Assembly: GCA_976226885.1 (NCBI GenBank)
Contig: OZ320313.1
Location: 121,396,001 to 121,460,000 of the forward strand
Direction: 5' to 3'
Source of the DNA: Iphione sp. A-MEVVRFRX5
Lineage: Eukaryota
DNA: 64,000 nucleotides
The notes below the pieces were generated by a model. It ran no database searches, was not told the origin of the DNA, and was given only the letters and a program-made list of their open reading frames with translations. The position numbers and the translations under genes are program-made. Positions 53,082 to 63,584 of the stretch are shown here, piece by piece. Position 1 is the first letter of the stretch. Each line of letters begins with the position of its first letter.

Positions 53082-55889
53082 CTATGGTATACGTTGATTT
53101 GCTTTGTAGATACACTGCCGCCGCTTTGACTTCAACAGTTTTCTAAACTCTTTAGTGGGAAGGTTTGTTTGATCAGATGTGATAATATCGTACCATAATC
53201 GGTTGAATCTGTATAATATTGATCTTCTAAAGCCTTCTTTCCTGGGCATTGGGTCTGCAACTGTTTGTCTCTTTAGTGTTTGCCTTGTCATGGCTCGTCT
53301 GCCTTCATCATTGTTCTCTGGTTCAGCAACTTTTTTCAACAATGTAGCATGTCCCAGTCTTAATAGTGGTATTTCAATCATTGCTTTTATCTCTCCCATT
53401 ATATCCTGGCGATTTATGTCCCTTAGCCAGACTGTTTCATAGATACGTTTTCTAAGTGTTACATATTTCTTGAAGTCTTTTGTGGGGCTTGTGTTCACTA
53501 GTACAAGGCCATACTCAATAACGGGGAGCAACATGCTACGTACAATTGTTAATGCCAGGTCTGCTTTAATGTACTTTCTGATTTTCTTCAGGTGTCTTAG
53601 TTTTAGGTAGCCCCTGGTGGTCAGGCTCCTCAGATGCGCATCCATCTTTAGTTTGTCATCAAGAATAACTCCAAGGTAGTTGAATTGGCGTACATGCATT
53701 AGGTCCTGGCCATTATAATTGAGTTTCACTTTTTGTGACACCTGTCCATAGCTGAAGTTCATGACCTTCGTTTTCTTGATGTTTACTTTGATCTTGTTAT
53801 TACATGCCCATTTGTAGAGCTCATCCAACCCTTGTTGTGCAGCCACCGCACAGGATGCCGCGTTCCTACCACTACTAATTAAGACCAGGTCGTCTGCATA
53901 CATTACACACTGGCAAGATGTTATATGCGTTGGGAGGTCATTGACATACAGAGTGAAGAGCAGGGGGCCAAGAATAGACCCTTGTGGCACTCCACAACGC
54001 ACTGACTTCGTAACAGACTCTATGTCGTTTACAGCAGTTACCTGTGTCCTATCACTTAGGTAGTCAGTTAGCCAGGAATGAAACCTGCCAACGTTGTAGT
54101 CATACAGTTTTTTCAGAAGGATATCATGGCTGACACTGTCGAAAGCTTTCTCAAAGTCTATAAACGTGCAGGTCACCTTTAATCCTTGATTTAAGTCACA
54201 GTGTATCAGGTCAGTGAGTTTACCAATGGCCATGTCAGTCCCCTTGCCTGTGCGGAAACCAAATTGCGCTTCAGTGATCATTCCAGCTGTCTCCAAGTGG
54301 TGATATAACCTAGTGTGTACTAGCCTTTCAAGTACTTTGTTTGGATAGTTGAGTATGCTTATTGGACGATAGTTTCCGGGCTCATTTCTGTCACCTTTCT
54401 TGTGAATTGGTGTGACTCTGGATCTCTTGAAACTCAATGGAACTTTTGCTTGCGAGACTGATTTGTTGAAAAGGTTCCTGAAGAAATCAATCTTTTCAAT
54501 CATCAGGTTTCTGATATATGTCCCTTTTAGGATACTGATTCCACTAGTTTTAGAGCTATTGATGCTATTGATTGCGTCACGTAACTCTCGTACCGTAAAG
54601 TCTGCGTCGTTAATTTCTTGTTGGTGATTTTTTCTGACATGTACATATTGTTTGGTCATAGTCTCCAGGATTCGATCACCGACTGTCGTATAAAAATCGT
54701 TCAACTTGTCTGCAACTACAACGTCAGACAGTACCTTTCCCTGATCATCTGTCATAGTTATCTTGTCTCTAGTCGACGTTAGCCCAAGGTTTGTTTTAAT
54801 ACTGGACCAGTATTTTAATGGGTTGTCTTTTGCTTTCTGTATTTGCATGTGTATGTAGTTGGCTTTAGCAGTGACAAGTGATTTGCGCACATTCCTCATT
54901 GCGAGTCTATACATCAGCTTAGTTTCAGGATTGGGGTTATTTTCAGCTGCCCGTCTCTTACAGTTCCGGTCCCTGATTTTCTTTAGATGATCATCATCAA
55001 TCCATGTATTATTTATTGTCTTGCACTTACTGCTCTTCAGAGGACAGCGGATGTTCACCAACTCTTTGATGCTAGCTTCTATGATATACCAGACTTCATC
55101 CAGGTCGTAAGTGACCCCCAGTTTAGTCCAGTCAAGTTTATTCATTTGCACTAGGAAATCTTCCTGGCTCAGTGATTTTAGCGTTCTATACCAAGTCTGC
55201 CTGGCCCTATTCGTCTGTTGTGATGTCTTTAGGATAGTCCTTGTCATTTTATGGTCACTATAATGTATGTCTACAACATCCACTTCTGTTTCAGTCACCT
55301 TACTATTCGTCAATACTAGGTCGATTAGGGTTGCACTAGAGTGTGTGACTCTCGTGTGTCCTTTTACCAGCTGTGATAACGAGTTTTTGATGCAAAACTC
55401 TGTTAGTGATGCAGTGTACGTATTTTCCTGCTTTGCCCAATCGATATTAAAGTCACCGCATATCACAACACACCTCTGTTTGTATCTGGATATAACATCC
55501 AGGTCACTCTGTAGTACGTCTAGAAAACATTCAACACTTCCTCGAGGTGGACGGTATAGTGTACATATGTGCTTGACGCTGTTACCCAGTGTGATTTTAA
55601 GCCATGTGCGTTCTAGATCATCCGTTATCTTGCTCAGATTCTCCAGTACCTCAGTGGTATCTCCTATCTTACTTGATATGTATATCATTAACCCTCCACC
55701 CCGCTTGCTTGTACGGTCTAGTCGTATTAGTCTGTAGCCTGGTATTTCAAATAGGGCCGAATTAATTCCTTCTTGTAACCACGTTTCTGTAACTAAATAT
55801 ATATCCCCTAAGTCTCTTTTTACTGTTATCAAGAATTCTTCCCAGTTTTTACTTAGGCTGCGTATATTGAGACAGAAAATACTAGTCAT
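53082..55889 (-). CDS. LINE ORF2: apurinic-like endonuclease plus reverse transcriptase, 935 aa, uninterrupted
   Basis: APE motifs LNIRSL, ETWL, GDFNID, IDLVLTN, SDH. RT motifs NYRPISIL, QFGFR, DFEKAFDSV, GVPQGSILGPLLFTLYVNDL, YADD, YLGVILD. C-terminal SILYRFNRLW resembles L2/Crack ends. Confidence 0.97.
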   Translation of the reverse strand: MTSIFCLNIRSLSKNWEEFLITVKRDLGDIYLVTETWLQEGINSALFEIPGYRLIRLDRTSKRGGGLMIYISSKIGDTTEVLENLSKITDDLERTWLKITLGNSVKHICTLYRPPRGSVECFLDVLQSDLDVISRYKQRCVVICGDFNIDWAKQENTYTASLTEFCIKNSLSQLVKGHTRVTHSSATLIDLVLTNSKVTETEVDVVDIHYSDHKMTRTILKTSQQTNRARQTWYRTLKSLSQEDFLVQMNKLDWTKLGVTYDLDEVWYIIEASIKELVNIRCPLKSSKCKTINNTWIDDDHLKKIRDRNCKRRAAENNPNPETKLMYRLAMRNVRKSLVTAKANYIHMQIQKAKDNPLKYWSSIKTNLGLTSTRDKITMTDDQGKVLSDVVVADKLNDFYTTVGDRILETMTKQYVHVRKNHQQEINDADFTVRELRDAINSINSSKTSGISILKGTYIRNLMIEKIDFFRNLFNKSVSQAKVPLSFKRSRVTPIHKKGDRNEPGNYRPISILNYPNKVLERLVHTRLYHHLETAGMITEAQFGFRTGKGTDMAIGKLTDLIHCDLNQGLKVTCTFIDFEKAFDSVSHDILLKKLYDYNVGRFHSWLTDYLSDRTQVTAVNDIESVTKSVRCGVPQGSILGPLLFTLYVNDLPTHITSCQCVMYADDLVLISSGRNAASCAVAAQQGLDELYKWACNNKIKVNIKKTKVMNFSYGQVSQKVKLNYNGQDLMHVRQFNYLGVILDDKLKMDAHLRSLTTRGYLKLRHLKKIRKYIKADLALTIVRSMLLPVIEYGLVLVNTSPTKDFKKYVTLRKRIYETVWLRDINRQDIMGEIKAMIEIPLLRLGHATLLKKVAEPENNDEGRRAMTRQTLKRQTVADPMPRKEGFRRSILYRFNRLWYDIITSDQTNLPTKEFRKLLKSKRRQCIYKANQRIP

Positions 55890-56268
55890 TTGGTATTCGC
55901 ATCACTGTCCACATTTTCAGGAGTAGTTTCATAGTATTATGTAGGTATACATGGATGAGCATGAGGTCACATGAACTGTACAAAATGAAAAAGACTGATT
56001 GTGTTGATAATAATGGAGTTGATGATATTTTAAGTAAGGATGGCATACGTGTTTTTTTTGTTTCCCCAAACAGGCATGAGGTACATACAAGTTTATTCTA
56101 GTCATATCTCTTCACACGACACATTTCTGGTTGCTAGTAGTGATTTTGCTAGGTCACCGACCTGCACACCGAGAGGCTATAGAGGGTAAGTGCATGCAAA
56201 ATAATAACAGACAGGGTCAATTCAATTCATGTAGGGTATTCAGATTATTACTTATCTGCGTCAGACGG

Positions 56269-56973
56269 CTACATCCAGTACAAGTCCTGTTCTGATTCCA
56301 AGAGTCGGATCAGCGCTCCCTCAAGTTGTCGTACCGCTACCGGCAGCCATTGTGATCGCAGGTGGCACCCATCTCGTAGCCTGACATATCTGTGCCGCCA
56401 ACGGTTGTGATTCCTACTGTGGATCACCGACATCGTCCATGGTACTGGGAATCCATTGACTATGTTGTATTCCACAATGAAACGGTTGATCCGGACCACC
56501 ACCTCGTTCAGCCTTGATTGTATGGCGATCGCACGGCCCCCTCTGTTAAGGTATCCATTGAGGCGGTGATTTGAGGTAGCATAATCCGAGCCAAAAATCG
56601 TCGACAGCATTATATAACTTCCTGGGAATCTGTCCCGTAGCATAGTGGTGGCATCTCGATAGTCGCTCCTCATTGCATCTAATGTCTCATTGACATCATG
56701 ATATCTCAGGGTGACGTAGCGAGCACCTTCTTCAGCTGTACCTGGGCGATGCATTTCTGTAATGTCATTGCCGCCACACCATAGTACCACAGCTCACGGC
56801 CATTCCCCACGATAGTCGCGGCATGCTCGGCGGGTTATGTTCATGATACGACCCCCAGGGTAGAAAAGCACTGTAACTGCAAATCTCCGATCAGTAAATA
56901 AATGCCTGGTGTTTCTACCATGACTGCTGCACAATACTAGCACACGTCGTCTGTATCCCACAGGTTGATTCAT
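56269..56973 (-). CDS. SGNH/GDSL-family esterase ORF of the LINE (234 aa, one in-frame TGA at 56794-56796)
   Basis: Manual translation from the ATG at 56973: MNQPVGYRRRVLVLCSSHGRN (block I Ser), FYPGGRI (block II), WP*AVVLWCGGND (block III), DGCH (block V). The ORF track shows only the part after the stop. Confidence 0.85.
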
Positions 56974-57017
56974 TTTGGCCGGTTCAGAATAGTGAACGTT
57001 CTGTGCACTTTTGGTTT

Positions 57018-58424
57018 TCAGGAAGATTCGGTCATTACTATGTCACATGACTGTTTCTGGTTCTGGTCATGTGACTCTTCACTTGACTGGGCCGTTTGTT
57101 GCGTCAGTGCTCGCAGGTCACGCCTGATTTCTTCCAATACCCGGCCCATTGTGTTCTTCCCTTTATAGGTACCCTCTGTTATTTCCTTAGCATGTAGGTC
57201 GACACCAGCTCCCCAGTACGCGTCTTTTGTGGCCTGTACTATTATTTTAGTGCCGCTGGCCTCAAGTTGATCTCTGAGCGACTGATTCTGTGTAAATTTG
57301 TGATACAATATGTCTTTCATTACTGCCCTTCGGTCTTCTTCCCATGTTTTTGCCGGAGTCATCTTTTTTCTTATCCTGACCAGTTCATGGGTGTCATCCG
57401 TCTTTTCAATTATTGATGCTAATAGGTCGTCACCCTTTTTTGCTGCTTTCGCCCAGCACAGTGCCTGCTCACCAGAGGTAAACGCGGTCTCACACCATGT
57501 GAATCCGGATTTCGTCATGTTCGAGAAGGGTGCCCCTTCTCCACTGAATACTATCCTCTGTTCATCATCAATCTGTCTGGCCGAAGCTAGACTGTACTCA
57601 CACGGTACTTTATGTAGCTCATTTTGATTATACCAGACATTGTCTATCTCTATTTTGGTTTCTCTCAGTTTTACTGTCTTTGTCGGGGCCTTTTGCTTTA
57701 CTTGTCGCGCAACTGTTTGGAGGTTTACTCATGTTCTCTTTTCTTCTTGTGATTCGTCACAATTTATCCAAATTTTCTTTCCCTTGAGACCCTTTTTAGC
57801 AGCAATTACCTTCTCCTTAGCCGCCAATCGGGAGAATCTGACAAATAGGCCCCTTACTCCATCATTATTCTTACGCGCCGTGCGGTATGCAATATCAATA
57901 TCACTTTCAGCAATGGAGACACCTATCGTTGCAAACAATCCCAGCGCCATGCCTACAGCTGTCTCCCCTTCTATTTCTGCTAGACCATCAATGAATATAT
58001 TGTACTTGCGATGGTTCTTGTCAAGTATCCGATTCTCCTTTTTTAGCCTATCAATATCGGGATGAGTGACGGACATTGTTGCTTTCGCTATCACCTCAGC
58101 CTTCAACTTTTTGTTCTGTTCCTTAAGGTTATCAACCTCGTCCTCAAGCTTCTTAATTTTGACTGTATGTTCGCTTACTAGCTGTACGGTAGTTTTCAGT
58201 AGTGTGCTCATACCTTTGATTTCATCTTTGATGGACATTGACAACTCCCGTTGTTCCTCTGTGTTTTTTCGTAATTCGGTCAGCACGGTGTTTATTGTCG
58301 GCTCCTGGTCTTCACCTTCTGTACTTCCACCTCGTAGGCGTTTCCTGGAGCTGGACCTTTTTCGTTCATGATCACCAGGTGTGCATAAATCACGATTATT
58401 CCTGACCTTTTCACTGGCAGACAT
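57018..58424 (-). CDS. LINE ORF1: L1-type coiled-coil/RRM/CTD fused to a C-terminal NADAR (YbiA-like) domain (468 aa, one in-frame TGA at 57729-57731)
   Basis: Track ORFs 57729-58424 and 57018-57518 share a frame, and the 70 codons between them are open (VNLQTVARQVK...RIVFSGEGAPFSN). ORF1 motifs: heptad coiled coil, RKYNIFIDGLAE, IDIAYR, FVRF, IWINCD. NADAR motifs: FSGEGAPFSN, FTSGEQALCWAK, W..DR..VM..IL..KFTQN..L, QATKDAYWGAG, GKNTMGRVLEEIR. Confidence 0.88.
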
Positions 58425-61400
58425 GTTTGGAACAGGCCAAAATAGCGTTCATAGACGGCCAGTGTTGTCGGTGTGCGTTTAAGCTTGAACGCGGTGTAGT
58501 TATGTAATCACCGTAACCGTCACCGCCAGTCTGTAGGTGGTGGTTGTGTCCGTTGTGACTGTTCTCAGATCGTTTCCCGTTTATTCCCTGCCGGAGTTTC
58601 TTTCCTAGTATACTCCATATATTCCCTGTGGTTAGTTGCTATTATTCTTCCATGTTCGTGTTATTAATTCCAGGTTGTGCTCATGATTGTTCGGGAAAAG
58701 TGGAGAGCGCTTCACCACACGTCCGCGCCCCACGCCGCCATTCTGTCTCTTCCTTTCTTGTCATTATGGAGGGATGCGACAGTTCATGATTGATATTAGA
58801 ATTCTTGGCTGCTCCACCATAGTTGGATCTGTGCACTTTGTTTGGTACACAGAGTTTATCACATTATCATTCCCATTGTACAGTGTTTGATGAACATCGG
58901 TGTAATTGACATTCCAACCATTACTAGAGCCAAGAGAGAGCTTAGTGAGCAAAAGTAGGAGCTGGTAGTAAATCAACCATGAACCAATTCAGTGAGGCCA
59001 ATATCCAGGATCATTCTGCAAATCGGATTATAATTGATACAGGAGAATGCAATCTGGTGGGCTAGCATCATTTCTGCGCAGCCACACCAGTCATCTCAAA
59101 TATGTATTTGCAAAGCGTGCACAGGGTGTACAGGTAGAAAAGGGACCCCCGTGATGCAAGATCAATGGATGCAGCGATTAAACCGAAGGGGGCGCTACTG
59201 GGTCGGTGTTGGCCTTGAAGCAATGGCGGGGCGCCCCCTAGCCGCCCATTGTGTGGAATATGTCAGCTATTGTGGCCAGTCTCTCATTGCCAGAGGCTCC
59301 CTGTCGTGTCACCCTTCCTCGCCATATTGGTATCTGGCCGATCCGTACGCGGTAAACATGATTTAGGGGCCAAATTGCGAAATGGTTTGTCACTCAATAA
59401 AGGTTAAGAATCAGTACAGGGAGACTAGAGTTTGTCATGGTGTATTCCAGTAGTTCGACTCTATATATAATTTGCGTAACGTTCCATTATATGATTATCT
59501 TGTTTGGCGGCACATGTTTCTACCGCGAGGAATGAAGTCACTTTTGACCAGCCCAGAATTTTTCGCCGAAGAATGAGGGTGGTAGGGGGAGTTGAGGAAG
59601 GTATAGGAGAAAATTCATAGAGCATTTTAAGTGCCAAGTCCGTTTATCAGAATAAACGAAACGGTGATAATTAATAAAGCACCCTTTTAAAACAGTATAT
59701 CCGACTCCCTTGTGATCCATGTGAATATTACCGTCTTGCTCTCCATCCCCCTCATGACTTTCACAGATGCATTATCTATGTAATGTTCGCTGTGATCCAA
59801 CCATGCCTGAAGGGGACGGTTGGCGAGACAGAGAAGATACTGTTACCTGTTTGGTATTACGGCCACAATGATCCAAATATGAAGCGGTTTCATTGCATCT
59901 AAACTCCACCTCGTGTCAAGTGGATTCTCATCGTATAATCTTTTGTACCTAGCTTTTACTGTCATTTCAAAATCACCATGGTTTCTGCTTTTTGTAGTGT
60001 GTGTGCTATTTGTCCGGCTGTATTTGCCGGGTCGAATGCTTCCCTCTAACAATAAGCCTGGCACTGTGGAAAACCGCCCGTTAAAAATTAACGAGAATGT
60101 CCTGAAGATTGGTGACCGCGCGGTAGACCAGCTTGGCTACTTCGACGAACTCGCTGCCACCGTCTGCCTTACATGGAACCCACCAAAGGAAAAGAACAGA
60201 AAGAAACAGCTATGTGCAGAAACTGCTGTCTGTTTACACAGGACCAGCTGGTCTGGCCTGTGGCAACCACAAATAGAAAATGAAGCTCCTCTTCATGTGA
60301 TAGCAGACTTATGTAAATAAGCACATTCATGTCATCCCAGGTCTGTATTGTGTACTCGATTAGTACCCTAGTTCCCATACATCCCCCTCCTCCCGCCTTC
60401 GATTCTCCATGGGGCTAGGACAGGGCTATTTTTATGCTGGTGGGTGCATCCATCAAAGAGCGCCCAACCGATCATGTTACTATCTACATAGGCTGAGACC
60501 GGTGCGCTTTACCAATTCGGTTGGAAATCCGGAGATTAACTACCTCGTGTCGAGCACCCGGCTGCCTTGTTCCCGTCATGATCGACATGGTCGAGACCCT
60601 GTAATACACGGTAGCCACCTGGGTTAATGACGCAGTATTCAGTATCAAGTTCCATCGACACGCAATCTATGGTGGAGCGCGGGATCTCCACAGTCCGAGT
60701 TTAGCCAAAGCGCCAGCCACTTAACCGACAACTCTAATACACACCCCCCTAACCCAGCGCAGCAGCTCCAGATGAGCTATGCTTGTGATTATCCTGGCGA
60801 GATATTAAACACTCATTATTGACCCAAGGACTATCATATTATGGCTAAACGTTAATCTTGGCTCAAAAAGAAACTCGTCAATTGGGATTTAGGTGATCCC
60901 CGGTGTAACTTTATTCCCAGTAACAAGTGCGTTCATGCTACAGTAACAGTATGCCGCCTCAGATTAATCGATTCGTTTCTTGAGAATATCGACAGATTGA
61001 TAAGTTAGAGGAGAGGGGATGTCAAAGAAGGTGACCGTGTCCACCAACTAGGAATAGACAATGGTCTCACCACGTTTGCTTTCGGATCATTGCCGCACGT
61101 CTCAGATCAGCTGCAGACACCCAAAACGCTTTGCTGAGTTGGGATTGGCAGGCTACGGTGTTTTGCTTATCATGGTAAATGAACGAACGGTCCAGGAATA
61201 AATAGTTTAGTTATACTAATCAACCGCAGTCCTTAAGGCTATCCACTTCCTTCCCAACTTATACTGAGCCGACTGCCCCAGTACTTCCCCTGGGCACAAC
61301 GCAAAATCTGTACTCCACAACACAAAATCTGTAATCCAATGTTAATCCATCTTAACACGGATAAGTCACGAACCATTAAAATAGCTATTTGGGATTTATT

Positions 61401-63584
61401 CAAATAGAAGTGGCAAGGGGGGAGGGGCTGTACACGATACATCATACGCCCCAGTTATAACTCCAAATGAGATCTCGGCATTCAATAAAATATCAACATG
61501 TAATATAGATGTCCGGCTATTTCACCAGCTCATTAAGCCCGTTACATGAGATGTCATACAGACGTTCTTCTTGTCATCTGACCTTGACTGCTTACTTACA
61601 TTATCAGTCAGCCGAGTGTTAACAATACCTCCATTTACGTGAGTCTTTACAATAATAAATATCCATCAGCCTCAGGTAACGTACACATTATTATGAAACT
61701 CCAGCTCTTTAGTGGTGTAACTTACCGGGCAATTTCGGGACTTGGGCACATTGTATTTACACTCCCTTCATTGCTTCCATATATGGACTACATGTTAAGA
61801 GTACCAGAAATTCCTACCTGATTGGACAGTAGGGATATCCCATTTAGGTATACCAGCCGGCGCAGAACGAATAATTGGAGTCAGCATTCGGCCTCTGGGA
61901 AATTATTGGCCTTCGGGTTTCGTATTGCACGGACCGTCTGGGCTACGTAATAGAGCGTGTGAATGAACATGGATTTTCATTTGAATCCAGATTTGAACCG
62001 TCCATTTTACCTGTACAACCACAGAATCACGGCACGAGCTATTTACAGGTGTTCTGGCATGTACAGGAGCTAGTTACTGCCAGTGCTCTATCATTTTCAA
62101 GGCTCAAGAGTCATAAAGTGTTTTCAACGATTTCCAAACAAATGTGACCGAGTTCTTCCAGATCAGTGAGCTGACCAAGAAGCTCACGGTGCGTTTGGTC
62201 TTCTGTGACAAAGGCCACCCTATAGGGGAAATTTTAACAAGAAAGCAGGCTGCAACAAAGGCTTAAAACCGAAGTAATCATCGATTATGCTCCTTGTCTA
62301 ATGGCTCTGTAGCTTGCAAATCCATACCATATCTTGCATCACAGAACCCCTTTGTTGTACGTGTGTGGTGCCTCTGTTAGCATGATTACGCAACCGATAT
62401 GGCAGGGAACTATTGGCCACTTTACCTTGCTAACATTTCTCTGGAAGTCAAAAAGGTGCTCATTACCTCTGTTGAGAATTTATAATCAGAGGCTGATGGG
62501 GAGATATGGGGTTGCAATGATGCATCCTATCAGACATGCATTAGTTGGGCGGGCTTTGTTATAAGACAATAGATGGCTCCTGTTACAGCCAATGCAGGTA
62601 AACTAACTGAATGGTGTCCATTTGGATCAAATGTAGCAAAGTATGTAAGGCAGCTGAGCTTTTGATATGATGTAATATTCATTCACGGACTGCATGCAGC
62701 CCCCATGTTACTCAATTGTAACTATAAGTTATAGCTACTGAACATACTCCAGACCTCCTATAATTCTCAGAGCTTGAATCTATGGGTATGTGTTGAATCT
62801 GGGCAGGAGGCTTAGGGCTGCACATAACCCTCACTTAATGGTCTAATGCTCAGATTTTGTCATACAAGGCCTATCAAACAGTACAACAGTTTGATTGTTA
62901 TTTGTTTTGTACAATGTATAGGTCCTGTCAGCTCAGCCTATCTAAACAATATCCATGTTGTCTATGTAATGACATGCTCTTATCATTAGGAAGATTTTTG
63001 TGTTCATCTGAATGATTTTAATGTCCCCGCATTCTTGAAAAGATAGGGTGTTGTCAAGAAACGTACTTAAACATAGAACTGGGTTACTTTTCCAGTTACA
63101 TGGGCACTTTTAGCATGAGGAATAGCTAAAAGATTCACGCCTTTCACATGGCCACATAGTCAAGTAAATATCCCGTTACACCGGATCATGATGTTGTTCA
63201 ATTTATGTTGAAGTTTTAGCGAGAGGGATAAATCTTTCCTGACCTCGAAATATACAGTGATGTTGTTTATCTTGATGCAAAATAGCGACGGCCCAAGGAG
63301 AGAATGCTGCCGTGAAGTTCAGACAGACTGCTATTACATATAACTGCTTGGCGCCTATCACTGAGGTTATAATTAGTCGCCAATCTCAATATCAGTTTGC
63401 GTGAGACTTAGTTAAAGCCATTTGGAAAGGCAATAAAACAGCGTGCCATCCATTATGATATAAGGTCCGCATATGTCTATCGCAGTATAATGCAACTATA
63501 GCAGCTGTTGTGCTATGTCCAGGGCAGAAACCCAACTATAGTTTTAATCAAGAATACGTTGTTAGTTAGGTACTCTCTCAATTT

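Larger units (their letters stand above)
52596..58750 (-). mobile_element. Apparently full-length three-ORF non-LTR retrotransposon (CR1/L2/Crack group)
   Basis: Minus-strand order: 5' UTR, ORF1-NADAR, SGNH esterase, APE-RT ORF2, ~480-nt 3' UTR, AATAAA (tttatt 52615-52620), A14 tail (T run 52596-52609). The 5' end is estimated from the AATGGCGGC motif at 58734-58742. No convincing TSD. Confidence 0.85.

Noticed and set aside
53179-58371. Several plus-strand ORFs (53179, 54412, 55267, 56965, 57310, 57640, 58066)
   Set aside because: Antisense to the LINE ORFs; no independent motifs.
52583-58757. Candidate LINE TSD (ctgtctgcatttc at left, ctgtctcttcctttc at right)
   Set aside because: Only a 6-bp exact match with indels; not convincing.
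59913-60320. 135-aa ORF with hydrophobic N-terminus
   Set aside because: No recognisable motif, splice context or supporting neighbours.
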